NCBI GenBank assembly: GCA_964234715.1
Contig: OZ174286.1
Reading direction: 5' to 3' (one strand)
Length of the DNA stretch: 64,000 nt
DNA from: Podarcis melisellensis
Lineage: Eukaryota
This document shows, in pieces, positions 9,601-22,684 of this stretch. Within the stretch, counting starts at the first letter, position 1, and every line of letters starts with the position of its first letter. The notes under the pieces are model-generated. The model saw only the letters and a program-made list of their open reading frames with translations, was not told where the DNA came from and made no database searches. Made by a program: the position numbers and the translations under genes.

Positions 9601-12600
9601 TGGGTCACAAGGGGAAAATAAGAAGGGGGTGTATGATGCATGCTTTCACAAGACAACAACAGAGAAGCTACAAACTCCTAATGCGATACGATATGATAAC
9701 ACGATACGATAATCTTTATTGTCATTGTCCCATACAGAACAATGAAATTGAAAAAATCTACATCAATTCAAAAACCAACAAGCCTGCTATCCCAGCCTGA
9801 TTAGTCCCCTAAAAACTCTGATACCCCATAATTAAATACAATATACTCCCATAGAGACTACCTTACACTGTGTTTAAAACCAAAATCGCATTTTAATGGA
9901 AACTCTTTCTCAGGCGGCTAGGCCTAGACTTTATAACCCTGTACCTTCTTTCAGAAGGCAGAAGCTGAAAGAGATCATTTCCGGGGTGCGCACTATCCAT
10001 GCGATGAGGTTCATGGAGATTTTACTTCCCTTGAGAGTGCCTCTGTCCCTCTTTCTTTCCCTTTCTCTGATGCCCTCTTGCATCTCTGCCTCCCAAAGGC
10101 TTGCACAGATGTTTGTTGCAGTGGCCCTGGCTACAAGCTTCCCAGGCGAATGGTACTTCTGGGGCTGGTTTCCTAGGCCCCTGTGGGGCAGAGTAAGAAG
10201 GCGCTTCTCTTTGGGGTGGGGTGGGGGGCAGTTCAGAGACCAAGGATGGCCTCTGCAGCTGCCCAGAGGACTCTGAAGGAGAGGGGAGAGGAGAGGAGAG
10301 AATGCTCCACAAAGGAGGGTGTTCAAAAAAGGATGAGAGGCTGCCAGCTCTGCAGGCGAGAGGTGACATAACTGGGTTTCTGAGCCCCACAGGGGTGCCG
10401 CAGAAAGAATGTAGTTGGTCAGGGTTGAAAACCTCTGCTCTAACTAACCAAACCTTAGCTCTTGGTCCTCCCGTGACGTTCCTGCTCTTTTAGCTCGAGG
10501 TCATGTTTCTATTGCAATATTTATGAGCAAGCAAGGGATTACAGGTACAGCTGAAGACTTCTTTTAGTTTAGTTTACCACCACCTCCACCCCCGCTTTAG
10601 CTCCCATTTTTAGAGGGAAGCCATTGTTTTCAAGCCATCATTTGATGGCACTATTCTTTTGCTAGTGCATAACTGATGACTTTGGACTGTGGCCACAACC
10701 TTTTGAGTTGCTAGAAGAATCTTTCATGGGTATGAAATAATAAGTTTATTTGATGGTGATTATTGATACCATTTTGTAGGCATAAGATAGGGTTTGGGCA
10801 TCACTTCTTTGGATCGGAGGCTTCTTTGTTCCGGCCCACATTCGAGATGCCCCACTTCGCTTTGAACCCAAGGCAAAGCTTTGCGCTGGTTTCCCCAAAC
10901 TTCAGATGTCTCCCCACTCCTATGAGAGTAGCCAGTGTGAGATCAAGCAGGAACTGCCTCGAAGTCACGAAAGAGGAAAATACAGGCTTGTTGTTGTTTA
11001 GTCGTCTTAGTCGTGTTCGACTCCCCGTGACCCCATGAACCAGAGCATGCCTTGGAGAAACTAAATTTCTTCTCAAAGCTTCTCCTTTTTCATGTCCACG
11101 GAGTTTTCTTGGCAAAATACTGGAGCGGTTTGCCAGTTCCTTCTCCAGGTGGATCACATTTAGTCTAAACTTTCGGCTATGATCTGTCTGTCTTGGGTGG
11201 CCCTGCATGGCATAGCTCATAGTTTCTTGGAATCATTCAAGCCCCTTTGCCACGACAAGGCAGTGATCCATGAAGGGGAAAATACAGGCTACATCCCTGT
11301 AAATGGCTGGAGCTGGGGAAAGCTAACTAAACAGCAAGGATCCTTGGGCAGTGGGGTTCATGTTAGGTGTTGGGCTTCCCTACAATCATTTTTTTAGGTG
11401 CAACCTTTATTTTTCCTCTTCATGGCATGCATCCATGTATGTCTTCCTATATGATAGATTCCCAATATCCTAAGTTCTGAAATTGATTCAAAGCTTTGGG
11501 CACAGCCCACTTTGCTTCTGGTTGCTTCAGAGACAACCTGCTTCACTTCAGCAGAAGTCCAAATGCCTCCAACATGACCCTCTTCAGTACAATATTTGGC
11601 TTTATCCAAAACGGATGCAACCTCCTTCTACAGAAGGTGGATTACAGAGTTTGTTTCTTGTCACTCAGAAACAAGCAAGCAAGCAATCATTTTATTTGTA
11701 TGCTGCCTTTCCAAAGTTAAAACCACGCTCAAGGTGGCTTACAACATATTACAAAATACGTAATTAGACGTAAACAATAAATGCAAACATCAAAAAGTGC
11801 ACAACCAAATTGAACCATTTCCACATAAGTCATAAGATCTAAAATAAAGAGACAAAAAATTGATATCAATACAGTGGTACCTCGAGTTAAGTACTTAATT
11901 TGTTCCGGAGGTCCATACTTAACCTGAAACTGTTCTTAACCTGAAGCACCACTTTAGCTAATGGGGCCTCCTGCTGCTGCTGCTGTGCCACCGTAGCACA
12001 ATTTCTGTTTTCATCCTGAAGCAAAGTTCTTAACCTGAGGTATGATTTCTGGGTTAGCAGAGTCTGTAACCTGAAGCGTATGTAACCTGAAGCGTATGCA
12101 ACCCGAGGTACCACTGTAATGGCAACAATAGCCCAATTGTTGTTAAGGAGTCTCAGCTTTTGTAGTTGGAGTCAGTCCCTCCCTGGTCAGGTGGGAAAAG
12201 GCCTGCAAGGCAGGGAGCAGGTCTTCCAGGACTCACAGCCAAGACAGTCTCTAGCCTCTTCAGCAGCCTCATCTTTTGTAACTGGAGTATCTCCCGATCT
12301 GCTTTAGATTTTTTATAGAAATTGAATGCTGTCTGGACTGTAAATATGAAACCCAGGGGATTTGCATCTGGTTACGCTGGGATTTGTTTCAGCTTAACTT
12401 GCAGACCTCTTTAGCTTTATTGTGTTAGATGTTTTGTCTGGGGACAATTCTTACCTTGCAACATGCAAGAATTGTGGCTGTCTGCTGATGTTTTTATATT
12501 CCAGAAATGTGCTAGATGTGAATTGGAGGAATTACTGTTGGCAGGATACTGGAAGGGAGCAAGACCCTGTTCAAATTATTACTGTTTGGGTCTCCATTTA

Positions 12601-13838
12601 TTACCTTTTCCCCCCCTTCCACCTTGGCTACTCATAAAACCAAATCTGGCTTCTGCCCCCATCATGGTGACTAAACTTTTTGTATCACTTGGAAGACTCT
12701 GACAGTGGATTCCATTTCTTTATTGTAGTTCACTGTAACAGTAGCTACTAATGCAAAGCAATATTTGCTACCGCCACTGTATTCTGAATTTAAGAGTCAG
12801 TGACTTTGCTGAGCTGCAGAATGAAAAGTAGCAAATCAGTCCTGTGCTCTTTTCTTCAAAACTAAATCCCAGTGAGTTCAATGGGGTTACTTCCAAGTAA
12901 GTGTTCTTACAGGCATAGATGCTTAAGAGTGTATACTAATGACAAAAAAGAACAATATTGAGAATATTTGGGTCATGTGTGGTACCAGAGAGAAAGCGTA
13001 GCAATGCTCTGGTGGGAGTAAAAAAGAAAATTTAAATTTAAAACCATTTGTGCCAATTTTATGAACCGTAACAAATGTTGGTGCTGCTGATGTAAAACTC
13101 TGTCTTCCCCCGCAAAGATGCTTTCTATTTTTGGCGCTTGCAAATACTCACTACAACAGACTGCGTTTTATTCTAGACAGAAGTCTGGCGCTGTCATCTG
13201 GTACATTCGAGGAGCTATAAGAACAAATTTCAATCTGATAGTTATTCTGGTTCATCGCTTCATTCTTTTGATATGGCTTCTACACAATATGCATACTGTG
13301 CATTGGAAAATGGGTGGCTTCTAGCTTTTTGCATTTAATATCATTTTAGCATCCAGGGCTTTTAGAAATGGGCTATAATTGTCTTACTAGATCACTCCAG
13401 CAATCCATCTTGTCTAACATTCTGTCTCTATGGCTAAATGCCTACATAAGCTAACACATAGGACATGATAGAGATATGGTGAATGGGCTGGCTCCCAGCA
13501 TCCTTCAGTACATGAACGGTCCACCTTAATTATAATGACTAATGAGCATTGATAGATGTGTTATTCATTAATTTGTACAATCCTTTTAAAAGCCATCTGA
13601 GTTTCGGGCCATCACCTTTTTGGGCCATCAGATCATCTCATGGCAGGAAATTATTTCAACAGTTCGTAGTGTTTCCTCCTCCTGCGATGAGGCTACATTT
13701 TAATATTTTAATGTTTCAGTATTTTAATGTTGTATTTTAATTTTGTTTTTAAGTTGTAATTATTCAACTTGTTTTTATTATTGCTTGTAAGCTGCTCTGA
13801 GCCCCGCCTTAGCTGGGGAGGGCGGGGTATAAATAAAA

Positions 13839-13889
<51 letters not shown>

Positions 13890-16800
13890 ACCCCACCCAC
13901 CTGGTCCAGCATTGGACTGACTGGGTGTTGCAATTATAGAATTATTCATATGGTATCTGCTCTGTCTCCTAATACATCAAATATGCATGGTGAAGGGAGC
14001 AGAAGGCCGGTGGTGATCCTGGTGTTTCAAAGAAGAGGCTATGGTATTTGAAAGAAGAAACGCTGGAGCAATGTTTACTTTCCTCCGGGCTTCAGCCTAG
14101 CGTTTCCAGAGGTTGTATAATGTTGGGCTGTGATATGTTTCTGGAATGTGAACTGGCCACAAATTGCATATTGCAAGATGAGAATTTTCCCGGCAGAAAT
14201 GACATGAACTGAAATCCTCATCGTGAAGTGCTAGTATCTATTTCATGAACCTTACTTGTTGTCCTAGAATCCCACAGGCTGCTAAATGAATATTTTTAAT
14301 GACAGGGTTTTGATTTTCTGATTCTTCAGCTGGGATGCGTGGCACCATTTCCACTATCTTGCATCCAGGAGCCAGGAATACCTGCAGATATTCCTACAGT
14401 CTTGCTGCCTAGTAGCAGCAATTAAATCCATTGCATTCAGCGTGAGATTAAATTGATTGTGTGGGGCACTCAGCTAGTAGCTGGACTCAAAATCTGAAGA
14501 GGCAATTTATAATGCATCATATTAGCTAATTTTAATGGAGAAATCCATCTAAACAGCGAAGCACTTCTATTCCCACAACAAACAATTTGGTGCAATTGTG
14601 CTCTTTTTAATGTATTCAGTTGTTGTACAGGCGATCACAGGTTTCGTACACTGGTCCTAGTCTAAATATTATATATTTATGTGGGGAAAATGTTAGGAGA
14701 CCTCTATTCCCTTCAGCGAGCTGGTTACCAGAGTCCTCCCAGAGAAGGGATTGATTTTTAAACTACTCTGGGAATTGTAGCTCTTTGAGAGGAGTAGAGG
14801 TCTCCCTGCAACTTACATCATCCTTAACAAATTTCTGTTCCCATGATGTTTTGTGGTGGGGGAGAATATGACACTGATTTAAATGTTTAGTGAGAAAGGG
14901 AATCACTGTATATGTGTGTGCAAAATCTTGCACTCAAGGGTAGAACTACCCTGTTAAGGTCATGCATCATTTAGTCAATCTTAAACTGCAGAATTGTAGG
15001 TTTCAAAAGAATACTTTCATGCAGAGCAACTCTATCTTTAACCGAAACGGAGCCTAGTTTTGTGACTTTCTTTTTTTCCTGTTTTTGTTAAAGGACAGAT
15101 CTACTTTTATAATAGTCCTCTTCTGCTCTCTATTACGCATGTTTTCAAATGCAAAGATATCTTTTGCCTCCGTGATGACTGAGACTTCAGGCTCCAAGTG
15201 ACAGACGCCATACCTTTTGTCTGCTGAGAATTGGTAATCTGCCCCCTCAGTCCCATTTTAATTAGGTATTGTCAGTTTTAATGAAAAGGCTCATTGGCAG
15301 GAAATCTGATGAAATATGAACCTTCAAGCATCCGCAAAGACTCTTTGAGTTGTAGTCTTTTTTTTTTTCCTTTTTCCCTCCTTCCACAACAAAATAGTTG
15401 ATGGGGAAGCCAAAATGTCCCTCTCTGAACTATAGCCATTTATTTCTGAGGGCCTCGTCCCACACGCTCATTTTGTTTTCTGGCGCAGGTATCTGACAGC
15501 CATACCCTCACGTCTGTTGAAAATGCATGCATTTATATTGCTACTTTCGCCCCCGCATAAAGCCATTCTTTGCAATTTCGCCGAGGAAAGCTCTGATTTT
15601 AAGTGTACATGCACCGTTCCCTACAGAAGATATGAGAATCTGTTTTGTGCTCTGGTGCCTGCTCCAGACTATAAAAGCGCAAAAATGAGAAAACAGTCCC
15701 CCAAGAACATGTTTCGGATGCGAAGCCGTTCTCGCTGTTCTTTGTTTTTAATTTGCTGCTCACAGGCTGTTCTGCTGGTCTAGGCAACCTAGTGAGATTA
15801 CAGGGGCTTCTCAAAGGCATTATTAAAAGGTTAGACTTCAGACGGTGGAACACATGTTGCTCAAAATGTTGTGGTCTTCCTGGCTTTTAAAAGGTTTGTG
15901 TCCCTCATACATGGCAGCTCCTGGAATGGAAATGTTTCCTATTCCCCATTAACCCATCCTAGGAAGCTCCTTTCCAGAAGGCCTATCTGCCTCTCTTGTG
16001 GGGACTGGGCCTGCAGGCCTGAGACTCTTTGATGCTCATGAAATCCAAACAAAGCATTTGTGCCATTTCATTTCGCTTTATCAAATCCTTTGCAAGATTA
16101 AATTACAATTTTGAAGAAGGCAAGGACAGGTGGCTGAGGGGGATTTGCCTTTGGCCTTGCAGTTTCCAAACCACTTTCAGTGATTTGTCCCTGTTTTCCA
16201 TGATGAATATGTTCCCTCCTATCTTGTGAAATTAATGTTAGCATTCTTTTGTTACTCCTTATTAATGTGTTTATATACTGTGGTTTGCAGTGTTAAAATA
16301 CTACAGCAAATCAATGATATTTTAAAAATGGACCGTTTGCCCGGGTTGAGATGGTTTCAAATGACTAATTTTTAACATGTAGGAGTTATTCCACTGACAT
16401 TTCCGCAAACTTTGTTGCCAATTTGAAATGTGATCAGTTCAGTAACTCCTATTGCTCATTGCTTTCTCACTTGTTGGGTTTGATTTGGGCTCTGAATGTT
16501 GTCATACGCATTTTCCTGTTGTCTTGCAGCTCTAAAATGTGGAATAAACAGTTACTTTTCTGCATGCATATTTCATTTGAGGCAACAGAGCATTTTAGGC
16601 TTTGTTGTTAAAATCTCTGTTTCATTATTCAGAAACGGGGGAAGGAAAATGGGTAATAAACGTTCAAAAATTTACAAGGATCTTCTGGGCACAAAATATC
16701 ACATATGGTAGGAGCGGATGAGATTACAAGCGGTAGTTTAGTATGGAATATTCACACTACCATGAGAGCATGCAATGATCATTCTTGTATTGATAAAAAC

Positions 16801-19800
16801 ATTAAAAATATTCCTGTGTATTGCTGTATTAATGTACTTCATGATATTGTGTCTGTGTTTGTATATTCATTATGGAAATGAACTTGGGAGCTTTAGGGGT
16901 TGCAGGCTCTCTTTCTATGGTACAACTACGAGAGGCAGATCAGAAGCTTTTGCTTCTTCTTTTTTTGGCAAACCACAGTTTACCATTATGAACTTGGAGA
17001 ATGTCTGGATTTGGACAAACCATGGTTAGTCTTAATCATGGTCCATTAAAACAATTTCCAAACATAAAGAAATTTCAAAGCATGGTTTATGAAGCCTGTT
17101 CGTTTTAATAGACCATATCTAGATTAGAAACGGGTTTTTCTGCAGTTATAGAGGTATAATTTCTGTTGTCTCCAGATTTTTTAGCACACTGCCACATTCC
17201 ATTATTATTCATCTAGTGTTCTGGAACAAAGACCATTTTTTCTTCTGACCTACGATTCTTAATAGTTTCCATTTGTGTACAAGTATTGCCCCAGTTTTTG
17301 TGTGGACGTAAGGTTGGTGAGCGTGGTTTGTGAAACATCTGTTTCACTCCACTTCCCTATGACGGTGCAAGCTGTCAGTTTGCGAGCTCAGTTCAGAGGA
17401 GAGAGATTGCAGACTGAGATGGTGATAATGATTCAGAGTTTTGCCCATGACAGCAAAAATTAGCTGCGGACAATATACCTCACAATAACTAGGTTCACCA
17501 GACACAGTAGTTCCTCTTCTTATCTGCTATACTATTAGAATTCCAGAACACCGTGAATTAAATACAAAAAAAGAGCCACAAAAGTGATATTCCTTGGACA
17601 TGTTCATAATTCTTACATTTACCAGAGGAATATGAGAGTATGTAAGGGGTGTGACCGGAACCATAGAACTTTTCTCAATTCAGATACAACCTACTATTGT
17701 AGAAAGAAAATCTTTACTCGTCCCTCGACCATCAGCTCCTCGTCCCTCGACCATCAGCTACAAATTCACTCTTAAAAATATTGGACCAAACAGCAACTAG
17801 ACCAGGCATAGGCAAACTCGGCCCTCCAGATGTTTTGGGACTACAACTCCAATGATCCCTAGCTAACAGGACCAGTGGTCAGGAATGATGGGAATTGTAG
17901 TCCCAAAACATCTGGAGGGCCGAGTTTGCCTATGCCTGAACTAGACCACTACAAAGGATAAGTGCGGAAAGGCCCATAAGTTCTCACATTTCACTGAACT
18001 GTGCAGAAGTGAAAACAGAAGCAAAAACTTCCAGACTTTCCCTCCTGGTTGTGCCTGAGGCATAAAAGGATGCCCTATTCCAAGGCTTACTTAGACTTGC
18101 TCCCATAACCATTCAATATAGTTTATTGTTTCATCGGAATGCAGCTGTTGCATATTAAAAGTGTTTAATTTACTTGGCATGCTGGTAGATGGGAATTGTA
18201 GTTCAGAACCCCAGGATGGCAAAGACTGCTCCAAACAAATGCATTTATATGCGCCTTTTTGTATTCTGTCCATAATGGCAGTTCAATTCAGAGCCCACTT
18301 AGACTGAATTAGCTGCTCTCAATCTGGAAACCCAGTGGGGCAGCCATCTTAAACCCAAGGGACTCCAGTCTGCTTGGGTTGGGATTTTGGCCTGCTGTTA
18401 GCATGTTAAAGTTGCTGCTTTTGTTCACTGTCCTCTCATTTGACGAAGGAGAAAAAAGACACTGTTATATATTCTGGGCCTTGTTTCTGAACAGGACAGC
18501 TGGGAAATTGTGGAAGGACTGCGGGGAGCCATGAATTACACGCAGGAACCACCGAAACAGGAAGGCTACCTGCTGAAAAAGAGGAAATGGCCTCTGAAAG
18601 GTTGGCACAAGGTGAGGACATCTGTCATTGTTGTTTGTTCCCATTAACATTTAAGTCACTTAGTCTGGTGCCCTTGTTGAAAGGCTGGGTGAAGGAGTAT
18701 TACAGCTCCTCAAGGAACAGTCGCACTGTCTTATGCTTCCTGACTAAAAGAGTTTTCTCTGCATTACAGAGATGCTTCTTTCTGGATAAAGGGATTTTGA
18801 AGTATGCAAAGAGCCCAGCTGACGTAAGTACCTCAAAGACACATTGTGCAAACATTGCGTGAATTAATTTGATGTCTGCTTAGGTTTTTGTGAAAGAAAT
18901 CAGTGATTGTTTGAAAGGATATCAGTAGGCAGAAAGAGGTAATCCTGAAAATAGGGGGTTTTTGTGGGGGGTTTTTGCAGTCTTCTCCCTTGAATTGGGA
19001 GTTCAATTGGGAATTGAAATAGTTATTTTTCAATGACTCTTGACAGATAGCGCGAGGCAAGCTGCATGGGTGTATAGACGTTGGGCTTTCGGTGATGTCT
19101 GTGAAGAAGTCAACAAAATGTATAGATTTGGATACAGAAGAACACATTTATCATTTAAAGGTAATCCTGTTGTTAAGTAATATCAGAATGTCTTTCTGGT
19201 GCTGGAAAAGATTGCATTCAACCTAGAGATCTCCATCTGTTTCCCCAGAATCCTGTTGAATTTGCTATATTTTTCCCTATTTTGCCCAGTTCGCTTAAAA
19301 TGCAATCTTACTCTCAACTTGCTGCAAGGTCATATCTTACTCTAAGCTTGAACCGAAGGTGTCGTATACGGCTTTGAAAGTGATTGTTTAACTTGAATTC
19401 CCACACATGGGAAGAAAGTTTGAAGAACAGCATAGTTTTAACTACTAAATATTATTTTGATGCTTAATATACATTTAAAGTATGTAATCGTGCCAAAGAT
19501 ATATTATTAATAGGCTAAAGATTATTATATGCTTTTTAGTGTGAACGATCGTGATTTTGCATGTTAATATCAAAGGATGTTATATATCGAAGGATATGGG
19601 CATAGTGTAATATGCTGCAGCACGGTGCGTCAGAAAATCAGAGTTATACAAGATCTGCTTTTAATCTTTGGAGGGGTGATTGGACTGAGTGAACTAGAAC
19701 CTCTTTTGCCTGTCAGTAATATGTGTGTAGCTAAGGGAAATCACGCTTCTGCAGTTGCCACTGCTGTTTTCCCATGGTGTTCAGTACTCTGCTTTCAAAG

Positions 19801-22651
19801 ATACATATACAGTTTAACTTTATGTTATCAATTTTCAGCTGTAGGGTATTTCTTAAAAGCCTTTTGATCAGAGCAACCCTGGGGGATAGAACCTGAAGCT
19901 GGAATTTGTATTTAGCGCTGGCTCCAGATGAACCCACAGAAAAGGAATAATGATTTGAAGTGGAGCCGCAACTGAGTCACAAGCCATAGAAGACAAAATT
20001 GGCTGATGGGGAGTGCATATAAGAAACTCTGCCTTAAGACAGACATCGATTTGTTTTTGTTTTATGCGTGACTAGAGTGTGATGTATTTAATATGTTTTA
20101 AATCGTTATAAACTTATATAATTAAGTTGGACTTGGGATCCAAATTGCTGCCCCTGAACTTCAGACTCGAACTTTGGTTCAAAGAATTTGTGTTGATCAG
20201 TACAGAATACAACTTGCATATATGGCAAACTCAAAAAGAAATGCAATAGGAATTGAGTATTATGGTGTAGAATCCGCTGCCACTTTAACTTTGGTTCGCT
20301 GGTCTGATTGGTTATTTGGAACAGGACAGGCTGCCCATGGTCTCTATGTCATCCCTTGCTTTCTACACGTAGCCTATAGCTTTCCCTTGGTTCTGTAGGT
20401 GCCTGGGCCAGGCCCTGTTTGCTACCATAGAGCACTGTGTTTGCTGCCTTTCGTCCTTCCTGCAGCTCAGCATCCCCTTCATAACTAGGCTGAGAAGTAG
20501 AAACAAGTTACTAGGACCTCACTAGGACAATTTCCTTCCATCTATTGCAGCAAAACCTCCTCTGTCATTCAGTTCAAAGGAGCGGTGTGGAAGAGTGGTG
20601 TTTCACCCATGTCCTGTTTCTGGCCACTGTGAGAACAGAATGCTAGACTAGTTGGGCCTTGATAGGTGTGGCCCAGCAGGTTGCTTCCTATGTAGGTTTT
20701 CCAGGTTGCAAAGCAGTCCTAGACTGCAGAATTATTCATTTAGTAAAGACTTTGAACCAACTGAGGGGAGATAAATGAGATCTTTCATCCCACTTACGCT
20801 GGGTAGTAGTAATGTGAAAAAATATAACTCTTGTTTTTATAACCTCTGTTTTCCACTAGGCAAAATCTCAGGAAGTCTTTGATGAATGGGTAGCAAAGCT
20901 ACGCCATCATAGAATGTATCGTCAAAATGAAATTTCCATGTTTCCACATGACATCAACAACCATTTCTTTCCAGCATCAGCTTCTGTTACAGACTCCGTA
21001 ACTGGCTTTATGGAATCCACGGCAAGCAGAAAGGTAGAAACCACAGGAATGGCAGATGATGGGCTTCCCTTGGGGCTTAATTTGGTCTGACCTCTGTGTT
21101 CAGAATAAAACAAGGAATAGAGCTGATATTTGAGGAATAAACGCAATATGTTCCTTTCAAAAAAACCACTGTAGTGCTCATTCTTTTTCCAGTACCAGTG
21201 GAGGTAAAGAATGAATATCAACAAAAGCTGAGTGTTTTGTGGCGATTTGGGAATTTGGTGGCTTCAAAATAAAACAAAGAAATCAAAACAAAGCTTCATC
21301 CAAGTCAATTGATACTAAGCAGCATAGTTTACGTTTCCATTAACTGAAGAAAGGGCTACTTTTCATGCTTTCTTTATGTGCTGTGTGACCTGATGAGTAT
21401 ATGGATAAGCAACACGGTGCCCTTCAGACATTGTCAGACTACAACTCCCATCATCCCTTCCCATTGTCCTAGCTGATTGAAACTGATGAGAGTTGGAGTT
21501 CAGAACACCTGGAACACACCAATTTGGCTAGCCTTTTTCTGTGGCGTTTGGGAGGATACAAAGTGCACTATAGCCCGTCTCATTCTTGTTGTTCACTTTC
21601 CTCACTTCCTGTTGTTCTGGCAACAACCTGGTCATTTAGGTAGAGAAACTGTCTTCACTAGGGCTGTCCAGTTGCCTTCCTGACGGACCATGGATTTTCT
21701 TTGCCCAAATGTCCGTAACGGCCTGAAGGCCATTGATAGGAAATGTCAGTGTTGAAGCAGTTGGGAAGTATTTGCATTTTTGGCTTGTGGAAATGACAGC
21801 ATGAATGGGTCTTTACTAGTATGTAAGAATTTAGCTTGAAATTTGGTAATTTTAGTGGGGCAAGGCCACTGAGTGTACTTTATCTTTCAGCCAACCTGCA
21901 GCTAGCAATGGCGCAGGTTGAGCTTTACTTCAGGGATGGAGAACCTGTGGCTGCCCAGATGTTGGACTCCAACTCCCATCAGCCCCCGCTCCAGGTTTCC
22001 CATTCCTGCTTTAATGCATGCAGCTTTGGGGAAATCGCTTTTGCAAAGCCTTTCCCACCTGGAGTTAAACATCTGTGCTTGCTTTTAAGTGTCATTCATC
22101 ATAACAAAGCATGCAAAGTATTTCTCCCCTTACTGGAATATTTTTATTGATGATGTAATCCTGTTTCCACGCAACAGCGAGGCAGCATGACTCAACAGAA
22201 TTCATTGCAGACTGGAAGTAGTTTGTCATTCTCCTGCTCAAACAATGACTCAAGGATCCCACCTTGGCTGCAGTCTTCGGAGGATATGGAAAGATGTTCA
22301 AAAGGTAAAAAGTAGAAATTCAGTCTTCTAAGTTACTTAGCGTTTACAGAACGTTCTTCATGGTTCTATGGCCTGATGCAACATCCGCCTTAAAAAGCAA
22401 TTTTTAAGGCGGAAATTGGAAAGCAATTGGAAAGCAATTTTTAAAACAAGCTTTGATAATAGACCATGTGACTCTGAAGTTAGGGTTACTTCTCCTCCTC
22501 TCCATTTCAAGAGCCTATCACCTGCCTTGTCAATTGCTTCAGCCTCTAAAATGGACTGGACTCCAAATAACAGGTGACTGAAGTTCAAATGGAGAGTTTG
22601 AAATAACTTGTTCCTAGGTGGGACATAGATGGGTGGTGGAAAGATGTGTAA

Positions 22652-22684
<33 letters not shown>

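Noticed and set aside
17717-17759. 21-nt tandem duplication (also short ones near 22415 and 56378)
   Set aside because: Ordinary slippage duplications with no spacers, not CRISPR-like
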